A DNA stretch of 64,000 nt from Candidatus Magasanikiibacteriota bacterium (GTDB lineage: Bacteria > Patescibacteriota > Patescibacteriia > Magasanikbacterales > 2-02-FULL-50-9b). The stretch covers positions 756-64,755 of the forward strand of contig CALRDW010000004.1 in NCBI GenBank assembly GCA_943355025.1, read 5' to 3'. The translations under genes were made by a program, and so were the position numbers. Positions 9,279-19,860 of the stretch are shown here, piece after piece. Position 1 is the first letter of the stretch. Each line of letters opens with the position of its first letter. Under the pieces are notes generated by a model. That model worked only from the letters and a program-made list of their open reading frames with translations. It searched no databases and had not been told where the DNA came from.

Positions 9279-10568
9279 TTATTTTCTGATATAGGCCAAA
9301 CTTGCGAGTGAGGTCTGTGGGAGGCGTGTTGACGTGCTGTCGCTCAAAAAAGTAAGCAGCACAAGCTTCGTAGTAAAAGAGTCTCCCGGAGTTGCTAAAT
9401 CAAGATTGATTGACTCTAGGTTACGTATCACTATTGCATACTGATTGGTTGAACCAGTAGTGATTTCATCTGCGAGCGCAAGTTTTTGCTGCGCAAGACC
9501 ACCGATTATAGTTGTCTGCGAAGGAATTGTTTTTTCACCAATAAGCGCTCCCAAAGTTTTATCAGCGTTCAACCGGTAAATTTGTAATGTTTTACTTGGC
9601 GCGTTCGTCGAATTATTTTGGCTGTCAAATTGAAGTATTATTTGAGATAGTGATTGGGTCGTTGTACTCTTGTTTACAACAGAAAAACCACCGACAACAA
9701 CATTCACGGTTGCAAGTGGCGATCCTGCTGGAACTAGGTCTGAGACTGCTGTTGCCTGTATATCAACGTAACTTATGAATGTGCCATCGCGCGTGATTGT
9801 CTGCGCGCCGTCATCAGTTTTAAACTCAGCGTGGTATGTATATGTGAGTCCTGGCTGAACAGTAAACGTTTTTTTAAACGCAAGGCCTGTTATGAACGTG
9901 AGGCTGCCACCGGAGCCATCGATTGCTCTGTAGGTGAGGGAACCACTCGCAGGGGTTGAAAGATTAATTGTGATTAGCTCAGAAGGCATCCCAGATACAG
10001 ACATAGCGAGCAAAGAGACGTCGGTTATGGAAAGCTTCGGCTGCGTGGTTGCAACAGGAGGGGCTGGTTGAATCGGAGCCGTCGACGTTGGCGTCGCAAA
10101 ATTACTAACTTCGGGTGTGAGGGAATAGTCAGGGAAGAAGGTGTCCGGCACGTCATGGATTGAGGCAAACAAAAATCCACGCGCCTTAAAATCTTCCTCG
10201 GTTTTGATCCACTCAAGATGTCCGCTTTCATCTGTTACTAAATAAACTTTCGGATCGGTCTGAATTTTAATTAAACTGCCCGGCTTAAACAAAACATTCT
10301 TCCCAAGCGGATACGCACTTAATTGTTCTACAGTATCAAATTGTGCGACGCCACTAAATGAGCTACCAAACCAAGATTGGTACACTGATAGCATGGGAAA
10401 TGGTCGGCGCTTATCGCTGTCCACCAGGTAAACTGCAGGCGATCCTTTGAGCTTTATAAGCTGTCCAAGATCAGCTGCGTGTGTGGTCATGGGACGGATT
10501 GTGGAAATTCCAAGGATGACAAGAACGGCCACATGAATAAGCGGGCTTGGTTTGGAATTAATTTTCAT
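9279..10568 (-). CDS. Secreted/cell-surface hypothetical protein
   Basis: Signal peptide MKINSKPSPLIHVAVLVILGISTIRPMTTHAADL, followed by a Thr/Ser-rich region with a beta-like repeat appearance. No known domain is recognisable. Confidence 0.5.
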   Translation of the reverse strand: MKINSKPSPLIHVAVLVILGISTIRPMTTHAADLGQLIKLKGSPAVYLVDSDKRRPFPMLSVYQSWFGSSFSGVAQFDTVEQLSAYPLGKNVLFKPGSLIKIQTDPKVYLVTDESGHLEWIKTEEDFKARGFLFASIHDVPDTFFPDYSLTPEVSNFATPTSTAPIQPAPPVATTQPKLSITDVSLLAMSVSGMPSELITINLSTPASGSLTYRAIDGSGGSLTFITGLAFKKTFTVQPGLTYTYHAEFKTDDGAQTITRDGTFISYVDIQATAVSDLVPAGSPLATVNVVVGGFSVVNKSTTTQSLSQIILQFDSQNNSTNAPSKTLQIYRLNADKTLGALIGEKTIPSQTTIIGGLAQQKLALADEITTGSTNQYAIVIRNLESINLDLATPGDSFTTKLVLLTFLSDSTSTRLPQTSLASLAYIRK

Positions 10569-10735
10569 ATTACAGATGAACGAATAGAGAGAACAGGATG
10601 TACCAATTGTATCATACTCAACCCGTGTTATCGAGTCCCTTAGCACCGCAGGAAGTTCAAACCAGAGTTATGCGTCGCAGAAGATATATTGTGCGACACA
10701 AGAATAATGCTCTTCTAAACACTGAACCGGCCCTC

Positions 10736-11602
10736 CTAATAACTCACGAAGACCTTATCCCCGAAGCGAACATCGATGCGCTTCGGATTCACGAGCTTCG
10801 TTGAAGCTGCCTGAACTTTTTGAAATTGTACATCGTAGTCTGCGTCCTGCGTCATCAAAACGACCAGTCCCCTTACAAAATGTAGTTCGAGTAGTTGTGG
10901 GTCATCGGGTTTCAGCGCAATGGCACTGAGGTCGTCGTGCACCATGCTTCCTGCCGTCCGTTCAAAACGAGTCGCAAGATCGACCGTACGCTTTTCGACG
11001 ACGCGTGCCAACAATTCATGCTCAGAAGCTGCGAGGGGCCGTCCAAGAATTATCGCTGGACGCTCAATAAACGCGGCTAGCGTAGAGGTGATGTCATACC
11101 ACCTGACCACCTGCCCATCCGCCGAAACGAGCGCTTGGCCATTTTCTGCAATCACACGAGCTGCAATCGGAATTTCTGTTGCAGAAATAATGAGTGTATG
11201 CGGAAATTTTTTTTGAATGGTGATGGAATCTATAGCCACCTGTTTTTTTATTTCGGCCTCAACGATCGAGCTCTTAAAAAACATAAAGCTCGAGTGTCGC
11301 AACCCAAATGTTGTCCCCTCTAGATAATCGCTTAAAACATGCTGAATTCTTACTGTCGTTTCTGTGTCTGAGCCAGATATTTTTTTATCAGAAAGCTGGA
11401 AGTATGAATGTACCGCGCAAATGCGAAGCATCCCAAGGCTAAGCAAGATGAAAATAATAAACTCGAGAGAACCGCGCTTTAAAAGCCCACGAATGGCCCA
11501 CCGTGCACTCCGGATCGTTTGTGCGCCAACAGGAGCGCCCCGTGGCGATATTTTTTCTGCTGTTGGCTTGTAGCGAACCGAATTTTTTGCGAACCGGTTC
11601 AT
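10736..11602 (-). CDS. ftsQ: Cell division protein FtsQ/DivIB-like (POTRA)
   Basis: A cytoplasmic basic N-terminus, one TM helix (LEFIIFILLSLGMLRICAV), then a POTRA-like segment (IISATEIPIAARVIAENGQALVSADGQVV). Confidence 0.55.
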   Translation of the reverse strand: MNRFAKNSVRYKPTAEKISPRGAPVGAQTIRSARWAIRGLLKRGSLEFIIFILLSLGMLRICAVHSYFQLSDKKISGSDTETTVRIQHVLSDYLEGTTFGLRHSSFMFFKSSIVEAEIKKQVAIDSITIQKKFPHTLIISATEIPIAARVIAENGQALVSADGQVVRWYDITSTLAAFIERPAIILGRPLAASEHELLARVVEKRTVDLATRFERTAGSMVHDDLSAIALKPDDPQLLELHFVRGLVVLMTQDADYDVQFQKVQAASTKLVNPKRIDVRFGDKVFVSY

Positions 11603-11634
11603 ACTGCAATAAAAAGATCAACGTCGATACTTCT

Positions 11635-12876
11635 TTAGCTTTTGAGCGTGTCCCACGATAAATAATTTTTCAAAATCGAAGGAAGTTTAACGGAGCCGTC
11701 GACGGTTTGATATTGCTCCAAAATAGCGAGCCATAAGCGATCCGTCACGCCGGTACCGTTTACTGTATGAACCAGTTCACGACCTCCCGCGCCTTTGAAA
11801 TGAATGCCGAGCCGTCGCGCCTGATAATCGGTTGTATTGCTGGTTGACGTCAATTCACGATATTTTTTTTGTGATGGGAACCATGCTTCAATATCAAATT
11901 TGCGACTCGCTGGGTATCCTAAATCTCCTGTACAAATATCCACCATCTGGTAATGAAGGCCGAACGCGGCAACGACTTTCTCTTCAATGGCGCGGATGCG
12001 CATATGCATTTCATGCGAATTTTCTGGTGTAACAAAGGCAACCATTTCAACTTTTTGAAATTGATGCACTCGCAAAATACCAGCCTGGTCCTTACCATAG
12101 CTGCCGGCTTCACGGCGAAAACAGGTCGTTTCCGCCATGTACATCTTCGGAAGGTCTGCCTCATCAAATGTTTCACTGTCATGAAGTGAAACGAGAGGCA
12201 CCTCTGCTGTGCCAACCAGGTACAGATCGTCTTCCGTTGGGTTTACTCGATAAATTTCAAAGCGATCCGCAGGAAAATGGCCGGTCCCATACATCGCGCG
12301 TTCGCGAACGAGTAATGGCGGAATTACCAAACCAAAACCTTCGGCTGCAATTAAATCGGATGCGGCACGGAAAACTGCACGCTGCAGCTCTGCAATCGGC
12401 CCGGTTAGATAATAAAAACGGCTTCCCGATGTTCGTGCCCCCTCCTCACATTTAATAAAGGGTCTGACCGAGGGAAGCTCGTGATACGGCAGAGGCTCGA
12501 AATCAAACTGGGGCATGTCGCCACCTCTTGAAATAACAATATTCCCTTCCTCTGTCGCTGCGATTGGCGTCTCTGGATCGTTAATATTCGGCAGCTGCAT
12601 CAATAATTCAGTGCGCCGTGTTTCGTCGACGCTTAAAACCGATTCTTTTTCCTTTATGGAATGGGAAAGCGCTTGCAACACGGTGCGCTCCTCGTCAGAA
12701 GGCTTCCCTTTTGACCGACTCTTGAGGTCGTGGCGCAGCGCATCAACCTCAGACTGAATCGCGCGCACACGAGCATCAACGTCAAGAAGTTCGTCAACAG
12801 AAACAGTCGCATTGCGGCTTTCTGCAGATTTTTTTATTAATTCAGGATTTTGTCTGATGACGGCTATGTCTAACAT
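11635..12876 (-). CDS. serS: Seryl-tRNA synthetase
   Basis: N-terminal coiled-coil arm (MLDIAVIRQNPELIKK...) and class II core motifs (FRREAGSYGKD, GRELVHTVNGTGV). Confidence 0.9.
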   Translation of the reverse strand: MLDIAVIRQNPELIKKSAESRNATVSVDELLDVDARVRAIQSEVDALRHDLKSRSKGKPSDEERTVLQALSHSIKEKESVLSVDETRRTELLMQLPNINDPETPIAATEEGNIVISRGGDMPQFDFEPLPYHELPSVRPFIKCEEGARTSGSRFYYLTGPIAELQRAVFRAASDLIAAEGFGLVIPPLLVRERAMYGTGHFPADRFEIYRVNPTEDDLYLVGTAEVPLVSLHDSETFDEADLPKMYMAETTCFRREAGSYGKDQAGILRVHQFQKVEMVAFVTPENSHEMHMRIRAIEEKVVAAFGLHYQMVDICTGDLGYPASRKFDIEAWFPSQKKYRELTSTSNTTDYQARRLGIHFKGAGGRELVHTVNGTGVTDRLWLAILEQYQTVDGSVKLPSILKNYLSWDTLKS

Positions 12877-12886
12877 ATCGACGTAA

Positions 12887-13327
12887 TTATACGTTTTTTT
12901 TCAAATCTCGCAAAATGTATTGATTATTTTCAATAATCGGCAACTGCATAGCGCCGTCAATTGATTTCCAAGTCACTTCTCGGACCTCGGAGCAGTTTGG
13001 TTTTGCCACTGCAGTATTTGCCACTCGAGCAATGTACGCGAGAATTACAATCTGAATATGTGGCCGATCGGGATGAAACCAAGAATAAACGGCCATTAAC
13101 TTTGGATCCATAATGTCGAGGGCAACTTCTTCTTTGATCTCACGGCACACTGTTTCTGATGGGTGTTCACCAAACTCAACCTTTCCGCCTGGAAATTCCC
13201 AGCGTCCGTGCATCCCTCGATTACGTGGATCATGCCGTTTTCCAAGCAAAACCTCGCCTCGCTCATTTAAAACAAGGCCGATTGCAACAAAAATTTGTCG
13301 TTTTATAGGGCCTTTTTTTTCCTGCAT
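12887..13327 (-). CDS. NUDIX hydrolase (MutT-like)
   Basis: Nudix box GGKVEFGEHPSETVCREIKEEVAL. Confidence 0.8.
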   Translation of the reverse strand: MQEKKGPIKRQIFVAIGLVLNERGEVLLGKRHDPRNRGMHGRWEFPGGKVEFGEHPSETVCREIKEEVALDIMDPKLMAVYSWFHPDRPHIQIVILAYIARVANTAVAKPNCSEVREVTWKSIDGAMQLPIIENNQYILRDLKKNV

Positions 13328-13731
13328 AACGCTTCTTTAATACGGCTGGTCGAATAACGCGCACGTTTGTGTTGTCCCAAGCGAACGATTTTTGGCTGAG
13401 GGTTTTGTTTTTCAACCCAGTCTTTGAGCAGAGCTACACCATACACCTGATCATGGCCAAGAGCAATAATCCCGGGCTTCAGACTCCGCAGAGCCTTCAA
13501 AATATCTGTTTTATCCCCTGCAATTACTTGCGTCACGGATTTCGTTGCACCAACAACGAGCATGCGTTCTTTTTGGGTGTGGACCGGTGTCGCTCCAGAG
13601 AGCTGGGCTCGTCTCTCGTCGCGCGAAATAATTACGTAAAGTTCATCGCCCAGCTTGCGCGCCGCAGTCAAAAAGAAAATGTGGCCCGGGTGGATAATAT
13701 CAAACGTACCAAAACATACGACGCGTGTCAT
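13303..13731 (-). CDS. Cytidylyltransferase-like nucleotidyltransferase (HxGH family; RfaE-domain-II/RibL-like)
   Basis: VCFGTFDIIHPGHIFFL is the (T/H)xGH signature of the adenylyl/cytidylyltransferase fold. The protein is about 140 aa. Confidence 0.6.
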   Translation of the reverse strand: MTRVVCFGTFDIIHPGHIFFLTAARKLGDELYVIISRDERRAQLSGATPVHTQKERMLVVGATKSVTQVIAGDKTDILKALRSLKPGIIALGHDQVYGVALLKDWVEKQNPQPKIVRLGQHKRARYSTSRIKEALCRKKKAL

Positions 13732-14558
13732 ACGCGAATCGCTGCAATTAGATCAGTAAGCGGGATGCGCGATAGCGACAAATTCGCCGCAACATCCGAA
13801 CCGCAAATAAGCATCCGCTTACTGTGGTGCAAATACCACTCCGCTTTAGGCTCGCGAGCACGAAATATTTCGTAGGCCTTTGTTAAATCAACTGAGCTCT
13901 CAGCAAGCGCGCGAAACGAGCGAAATTTATTTTCAGGATTTACAGCTATAACGAGAATTGCGCCGTGCGTCGCTGCAAAACGCAAAACCATTTTCGCGTT
14001 AACTTTTGTTTGTATGCCAAATGCCGCGCCCCAGCGTGTTTTAAATGCGGTCGCTTTTTTCCAATCACGCGTGAGCTCTGCCTTTTCAACAAGACACGCA
14101 AATAATCCATCAAAATAATTGCACCCAAACGCAAGAATTTCCGCTGATGATTTTCCAATGCGTGATTGATATGTCATCACAACCGCAGCCGAATACTCGC
14201 TGCGAGGAACATTGATTAAACGTCCATGATCATCGTCATTAATATATTCAACCAATTCGAGGAGCGCAATTTTTTCAAGCGGCGCAAGCTTTATTTTTTT
14301 CTCTGCAGTTAGAAATTTATATACGAGCGTGGTCGCAGAATCTTCAAGATTGCCTTTGTGTTCATCAAATTTTCCCCGCCCAACGCCAATATACATCGTA
14401 TTCACATCCGCATCAGGCTGCGTGACGTTGCCACCCTTGGGTGTCGTTGGAATGTAGGATACGCGCGCGTCGCTCCAACCAGTCAAAAATTTTTTAATCA
14501 TCCAAATACATGCGATCTCGTCCAGGTGTGGATTGCGGTGCGTTACGATTTTTGACAT
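13728..14558 (-). CDS. MYG1/UPF0160 family metal-dependent hydrolase (tentative)
   Basis: THRNPHLDEIACIWM and MYIGVGRGKFDEHKG resemble the MYG1 motifs THxGxFHxDE and GVGGxFDHH. Confidence 0.4.
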   Translation of the reverse strand: MSKIVTHRNPHLDEIACIWMIKKFLTGWSDARVSYIPTTPKGGNVTQPDADVNTMYIGVGRGKFDEHKGNLEDSATTLVYKFLTAEKKIKLAPLEKIALLELVEYINDDDHGRLINVPRSEYSAAVVMTYQSRIGKSSAEILAFGCNYFDGLFACLVEKAELTRDWKKATAFKTRWGAAFGIQTKVNAKMVLRFAATHGAILVIAVNPENKFRSFRALAESSVDLTKAYEIFRAREPKAEWYLHHSKRMLICGSDVAANLSLSRIPLTDLIAAIRV

Positions 14559-14561
14559 ACA

Positions 14562-16088
14562 TTATTGAGAGGTTTCTGGCTCTCCTACCATTGTTTGCGG
14601 CGCTTCAGGACGAAGTGTTGGAAACAAAATAATTTCTTTAAGGCTTGAAGAATTTGTAATAAACGCGACAAGACGATCAATACCGATTGCCATACCGCTT
14701 GTTGGTGGCATGCCGTGTTCAAGCGCAGTCAAAAACTCTTCATCCAGAAATTGCGCCTCCTCGCTCCCGTGCTCACGAAGTAATTCTTGCTGTATAAATC
14801 GCCGTCGTTGATCAACTGGGTCATTCAATTCGTGGTAGTACGCGTTAATAATTTCTGCTCCCTGAACAACAAGCTGCACAGAGGCACTTTTTGTCGGATC
14901 ATAATCCGTCGCTTTCGCAAGCGGTTTGAGCTCGATTGGGTAATCAAATACCCAAACAGGCTGTGTAACCCCAGCACGCGCCGTTTTTTTGAAAAGCTGA
15001 TCGTAATATTCACCTATACCAACGCAGCCTTTGAAATCAATCGAAAGACCCTTCTCTCGCACAGCTGCGATAAGCGCGTCTTCCACTCGATACTCATCAA
15101 TATCAATGCCGCATGAATCAATGATGAGTTCGCGAAAGGTTTTTCGTGGCCACTCACCCGCAAAATCAAGCTCGCCCTCTCCATACGGAACCGTGAGAGA
15201 ACCAACAGACTTTTGAATGATGTGACGCATGACACCTTCAAGAAAATCTACATAAAAATCCTTGCTCGGAACAAACGCCCAGTACAATTCGATGGTTGTA
15301 AACTCGGGATTGTGGGCGTAATCGATGCCTTCGTTCCGAAATAAACGTCCGATTTCATACACTTTCTCAAAGCCACCAACTATCAGGCGCTTCAAATAAA
15401 GTTCTGGGGCGATGCGCAAAAACAGATCAATGCCGAGCGCATTGTGGTGCGTTACAAATGGACGTGCGTTTGCACCGCCCGGAATTGGTTGCAAAATTGG
15501 CGTTTCAACTTCGATAAAATCGCGCTCATCCAAATATTGCCGAAGTGACGAAATTAATTTTGAACGCACCAAAAATTTCTCCCGCACCTCAGGATTGCTG
15601 AGCAAATCCAATTCTCGATGGCGATATCGAAGTTCGATGTCTTGCAGGCCATTCCACTTGTCTGGCAATGGACGAAGCGCTTTCGCAAGAATCCGAGCCT
15701 GCTTAACCTCGATTGTTTTTTCGCCGACCTTCGTCAGGATAACGTTACCTGTAATTTCTAAAAAATCCGCGTGGTCAACGCACGCTTTGAGCATCATGTA
15801 CTCCTGTTCGCCGAGCACATCTTTGCGCAGGTGCAACTGAATTCGACCTGACATGTCGCGGAGATCCGCAAACGCGGAACCTCCGTGCCACCGAACATTC
15901 ATAAGTCGTCCCGCAACAATGACCTCTGTTGTTGTCGCAAGTAACTCGTCGAAATTAGTGACCACGTCCCCAATCATGTGCGTACGGTTAACCGCGTTCG
16001 GATACGCAACAACCCCTCGAGACTCCAAATCCTTCAATTTTTCAAGCCGCACTTCTTCCTCGGCGCGATGCACAATCTCTTCGGCCAT
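14562..16088 (-). CDS. lysS: Lysyl-tRNA synthetase (class II)
   Basis: N-terminal OB anticodon-binding domain ([22 protein letters not shown]) and class II motifs ([25 protein letters not shown]). Confidence 0.9.
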   Translation of the reverse strand: MAEEIVHRAEEEVRLEKLKDLESRGVVAYPNAVNRTHMIGDVVTNFDELLATTTEVIVAGRLMNVRWHGGSAFADLRDMSGRIQLHLRKDVLGEQEYMMLKACVDHADFLEITGNVILTKVGEKTIEVKQARILAKALRPLPDKWNGLQDIELRYRHRELDLLSNPEVREKFLVRSKLISSLRQYLDERDFIEVETPILQPIPGGANARPFVTHHNALGIDLFLRIAPELYLKRLIVGGFEKVYEIGRLFRNEGIDYAHNPEFTTIELYWAFVPSKDFYVDFLEGVMRHIIQKSVGSLTVPYGEGELDFAGEWPRKTFRELIIDSCGIDIDEYRVEDALIAAVREKGLSIDFKGCVGIGEYYDQLFKKTARAGVTQPVWVFDYPIELKPLAKATDYDPTKSASVQLVVQGAEIINAYYHELNDPVDQRRRFIQQELLREHGSEEAQFLDEEFLTALEHGMPPTSGMAIGIDRLVAFITNSSSLKEIILFPTLRPEAPQTMVGEPETSQ

Positions 16089-16090
16089 AC

Positions 16091-16558
16091 TTATTTGATT
16101 TCCAAAATTTTGTAGAGAGTTTTTTTGATTGGCGTCACGACTTCAACATCGTCGCCGACACTGCGACCAAGAAACGCCTCACCAAGTGGTGATTCATTTG
16201 AAATTTTGCCATTTGACGGCTCGGCTTCGTTTGAACCAACAATCGTATATGTACGCTGCTCGTCGCCTGTTTTTACGATGATTGTCGAACCGATATGGAC
16301 AGTTGAATCTTCTTTATTCACCGCATCCTCGATGAGGACTGCGTTCGAAAGTAGTGTTTCAATCTCAAGCACGCGGCCATGAGCAAATGCCATGCGTTCC
16401 TTTGCGTCTGAGTATTCCGCGTTTTCCGATAGGTCACCGTTTTGTTTCGCGTCATCAATCTGCTGGGCAATTTTCCGGATCGTTACTGTTTTGAGTTCCT
16501 GAAGTTCATTTTTGAGTTCCTGCAAACGCTGCGCTGAAACATACTTGGGTCCCTGCAT
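16091..16558 (-). CDS. greA: Transcription elongation factor GreA
   Basis: [29 protein letters not shown] coiled-coil motif plus the C-terminal FKBP-like domain. 155 aa. Confidence 0.85.
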   Translation of the reverse strand: MQGPKYVSAQRLQELKNELQELKTVTIRKIAQQIDDAKQNGDLSENAEYSDAKERMAFAHGRVLEIETLLSNAVLIEDAVNKEDSTVHIGSTIIVKTGDEQRTYTIVGSNEAEPSNGKISNESPLGEAFLGRSVGDDVEVVTPIKKTLYKILEIK

Positions 16559-16689
16559 AAAAAAGTTCGTTAGGTAGCTCTCAGTATAGTCCTCTCACCG
16601 AGGCTAGTCAATCGCACTGTGCGCAGTCTTAGGAGATTGACGCTTCGACATAAAAATGATAGCGTGCCCCCACAACACACGGGGGTCAC

Positions 16690-17223
16690 ATGGAGAAGTT
16701 TCTTACACCAGAAAATGAAAGCTTGATGCAAGAGCTTTGTGCACGATTCGTAGATGCGCGTAATAATGGTGAGCGCTGCGAAGACGCAACATGGAACGCG
16801 ATCTTGAAGCTCGGCGTGATGTGTTCGTTTGAAGCAGTGATTTTGCGCTTTAAGGCGTACCATGTCCCAAAGATTTTTTTGACGCGGCGTCCTGATAGTG
16901 ATCCATACTATGCCGGCCTATGGCACTGCCCAGGAACGTATATGTTGCCCGGCGAAAATGAACAAAGTGTTGCCGCACGACTGTCGCTGAGTGAGCTTGG
17001 CGAGGCAAAAATCGTTGAGGCGCAAGATCAAGGCTCGATCATTGTAACGGATGAGCGCTCGACAACGAACAGCAAGGTCTATCTGTGTAGACTCGACAAA
17101 AAGCCGACGGTTCAAGGCGAATGGTTCTTGATAAACGCATTACCGAATAATCTCGTGAGGCACCATCGCACAGTGATTTATATGGGACTTCCGCTTGAAT
17201 ATAAGGCCTTACTTGCTAAATAA
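16690..17223 (+). CDS. Hypothetical protein, degenerate Nudix-like
   Basis: GTYMLPGENEQSVAARLSLSELGEA resembles a Nudix box in which the REx2EE glutamates are replaced. Otherwise no match. Confidence 0.35.
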   Translation: MEKFLTPENESLMQELCARFVDARNNGERCEDATWNAILKLGVMCSFEAVILRFKAYHVPKIFLTRRPDSDPYYAGLWHCPGTYMLPGENEQSVAARLSLSELGEAKIVEAQDQGSIIVTDERSTTNSKVYLCRLDKKPTVQGEWFLINALPNNLVRHHRTVIYMGLPLEYKALLAK

Positions 17224-17310
17224 CTCAGTTCGGTTCTGCAGGCATGGCGACCACCGCTTTCAAGAAAGTGCTGGTCGTTTTTTTATAGCTGAACAGCTGG
17301 TATCGAAGTT

Positions 17311-18162
17311 TCATTTCACTAAGGAATACCGCCCATCATTAGCGTATAGAAATTTTTCATCAACCAATTGATCAATTGCGCGCTGCGTTTGCCGGAGTTC
17401 CCGATCAGCGCGCGTTGCGAGCTCTTCTGTAGTTAAGTCATCCTCAATCAATAATATTTTTAAAATTTTTCCCCGAATTTGCCGGAGTGACCCCTCAAAC
17501 TTCGTTTGTACTGTGTGATGTCGTGACCGGCGGCTGGGATTCTTGTGCTGTTTTTTGAGATGCGTTCCATAATCCATGAGCGCCCAATACCATTCTCGCG
17601 GATGCACACGGTCGAGCGCCTCAGCAATGAGCGGCATCAGCTGTGCATCAGAAATATTTTCCTCGCCAGCAAAAAAATGATGCAAAAATACTGTCCGCAC
17701 GTTTGTTTCTATAAAAGCGTTGGGAATATTATACGCAAATGCGAGAATTGACGCCGCGGTATTTGGGCCGATCCCCGGAAACCGCTTGAGCGTCTCGATG
17801 TCGCGCGGAACCTCTCCTGCGTGGTGAGCCACGATGAGTTCAGCAGTTCGTTTTAAAAATAGTGCACGTCTGTTGTAACCCAAACCCTGCCATGCGGCAA
17901 GAACCTCTGGCGTGGTCGCCTGAGCGAGAGAAGCGAGAGTTGGAAATTTTGAGATAAATTCAGGAAATTTAACAAGCCCTCGTGAAACTTGTGTTTGCTG
18001 CAACATTATTTCAGATACCATAACCCAATATGGATCGGTATTTTCACGCCACGGAAGCGGCCGTGCATTTTTTTTATAAAACGCACGGACAATTTTTCGT
18101 AGCTCGGCCACATTTGAAAGATTATTGTACCGAATCTTTTGTTGCATGTTTAAAATAATCAA
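17311..18162 (-). CDS. HhH-GPD superfamily DNA glycosylase (MutY/Nth-like, no Fe-S cluster motif)
   Basis: LPWRENTDPYWVMVSEIMLQQTQVSRG ... GIGPNTAASILAFAY matches the HhH-GPD motif. There is no C-terminal Cx6Cx2Cx5C. The 3' end overlaps truB by about 40 nt. Confidence 0.7.
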   Translation of the reverse strand: MIILNMQQKIRYNNLSNVAELRKIVRAFYKKNARPLPWRENTDPYWVMVSEIMLQQTQVSRGLVKFPEFISKFPTLASLAQATTPEVLAAWQGLGYNRRALFLKRTAELIVAHHAGEVPRDIETLKRFPGIGPNTAASILAFAYNIPNAFIETNVRTVFLHHFFAGEENISDAQLMPLIAEALDRVHPREWYWALMDYGTHLKKQHKNPSRRSRHHTVQTKFEGSLRQIRGKILKILLIEDDLTTEELATRADRELRQTQRAIDQLVDEKFLYANDGRYSLVK

Positions 18163-18787
18163 GCGTATAGCATCTGTCCAGCGTCATGGAACCGACTCGC
18201 GTACGGACAAGATCCGAAATATATGCACCCGTTTTAAGCGCACGACCAATATCTCGTGCAAGACTGCGGACGTATGCTCCCGGTCCCGTTACAACACGAA
18301 TGACAAGTCGAGGAAATTCATACTCAATAATTTCTATTGATTTTATCTCAACGTGGCGAGACGTCATTTCAAGTACAACACCCTTACGTGCAAATTTGTA
18401 GGCAGCCTTCCCTGCAATTTTGAGCGCACTATACCTCGGTGGCACTTGATTAATCGTTCCAAGAAACGAATTACATACACTTCTGACTTTCGCTGTGGTG
18501 GGTTTTACAACCTCTGACCAGACCGTCTTTTCCCCTTCTGCATCCTCAGTCGTGCTCTCCGCACCAAGCTCCATCGTTGCGATATATTCTTTTTCACCGT
18601 GCTCGGCTTCCCATAAATGCTTCGTGGCTTCGCGTCCAATTCCAACGAGCAAAACCCCTGATGCGAGCGGATCAAGAGTGCCGCCATGGCCAATTTTTTT
18701 TATTCCAAGAGCGTGCTTAATTCGAGTTAGCACCTGTTGAGACGTTGGGCCTTTAGGCTTTATTACTCCGACTATTTGACCCAACAT
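18122..18787 (-). CDS. truB: tRNA pseudouridine(55) synthase
   Basis: GHGGTLDPLASGVLLVGIGREATK contains the catalytic Asp motif. Confidence 0.85.
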   Translation of the reverse strand: MLGQIVGVIKPKGPTSQQVLTRIKHALGIKKIGHGGTLDPLASGVLLVGIGREATKHLWEAEHGEKEYIATMELGAESTTEDAEGEKTVWSEVVKPTTAKVRSVCNSFLGTINQVPPRYSALKIAGKAAYKFARKGVVLEMTSRHVEIKSIEIIEYEFPRLVIRVVTGPGAYVRSLARDIGRALKTGAYISDLVRTRVGSMTLDRCYTLDYFKHATKDSVQ

Positions 18788-19040
18788 ACTCTTCTTTTTG
18801 AATGCGAACTAAGTAAACACTGAGGACAACGACGATTATTGTTATGACAATAGCGTATAAAAAACGTGCAATAATGCCACTTTGTGTCGGAAAAAAATGT
18901 TCGATGAGCGCCTTGATCGCTTCGTTCCACGCGAGGCCCGCAACAACGCCTGAGCCAGCTAAAATATACTTCGCTGTTTGTTCGCGAACCTCTCTATGTA
19001 ATCGTTTCCCTTCTGTTTTTAGAACATTGAGAGACATATG
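18753..19040 (-). CDS. Small membrane protein (hypothetical)
   Basis: 95 aa from the internal ATG at 19040. The C-terminal TM helix is FLYAIVITIIVVVLSVYLV. Confidence 0.4.
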   Translation of the reverse strand, partial: HMSLNVLKTEGKRLHREVREQTAKYILAGSGVVAGLAWNEAIKALIEHFFPTQSGIIARFLYAIVITIIVVVLSVYLVRIQKEEYVGSNSRSNKA

Positions 19041-19048
19041 GTGTGTAA

Positions 19049-19750
19049 TTAGGTTTGTGTTGCAAGATATGCGCCTGCAATTGCGGCAGTTTCGCCACGA
19101 AGCGTTGTAAGAGCAAGGGACGTCTCTGTCCACCCGGCAGCACGCGCCTCTTGGGTCTCGCTTTTTGTCCAGCCGCCCTCGGGTCCAACAGCAAGTGCGA
19201 TAGTGCCCTTACTCTTTGAGAGTTGCTCAAAAAGTGAAATAGACGCACCAGCGTTGAGAAAAAAGCGGCACGGTGCGCCCTCCGTCGTTATTGCCTCCGC
19301 AAGCTGAAGTGGTTCCAAAATGTTCATAAGCATGCTCTGCCCCGACAATTCGGATGCTTCACGTGCAATAACTTTGAGGCGCCCCACATTGAGCCCCGTC
19401 TTGACTGTTCGTTCTGATATAATTGGTACAAGTGTATGAACGCCGAGCTCTGCTGCTTTTTGAACCACCAGCTCAAAATTATCACGCTTGAGAATGGAGA
19501 CATAGAGCATTACCGTGCGCTGTGCAGCGGCCGCGTCCATACAAGCCAATTCTGCTGACACAACTATTTCATCGCTCGAAATACTTTTGATTGTTCCTTG
19601 TGCAGAACGGCCGGTGCCGTTGCTTAAAATTACCGATTCGCCAGCAGTAAGATTCAAAACTCTAGCGATTTGGTGAGTAATTTCGCGGTCTGTAATGAGG
19701 ATTCTGGGGCCGAACTCTACAGATGGAATAATGAATCGGTGGATTTTCAT
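19049..19750 (-). CDS. rsmE: 16S rRNA (uracil1498-N3)-methyltransferase
   Basis: N-terminus MKIHRFIIP, a PUA-like domain, and a SPOUT-fold C-terminus (IALAVGPEGGWT). Confidence 0.8.
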   Translation of the reverse strand: MKIHRFIIPSVEFGPRILITDREITHQIARVLNLTAGESVILSNGTGRSAQGTIKSISSDEIVVSAELACMDAAAAQRTVMLYVSILKRDNFELVVQKAAELGVHTLVPIISERTVKTGLNVGRLKVIAREASELSGQSMLMNILEPLQLAEAITTEGAPCRFFLNAGASISLFEQLSKSKGTIALAVGPEGGWTKSETQEARAAGWTETSLALTTLRGETAAIAGAYLATQT

Positions 19751-19860
19751 GCCATCATGATAGCATTTTTACAAAATGAAACCAAATGATAGCTTTCTAC
19801 GTATATAACCATGAAACTGGAAATGGTCGAATAGAATATATTTATAAATACTAAAAACCT

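Noticed and set aside
16640-16692. ccccc...ggggg hairpin immediately upstream of the ATG at 16690
   Set aside because: Only a 5-bp stem. It could occlude an RBS but is too weak to call a regulatory element.
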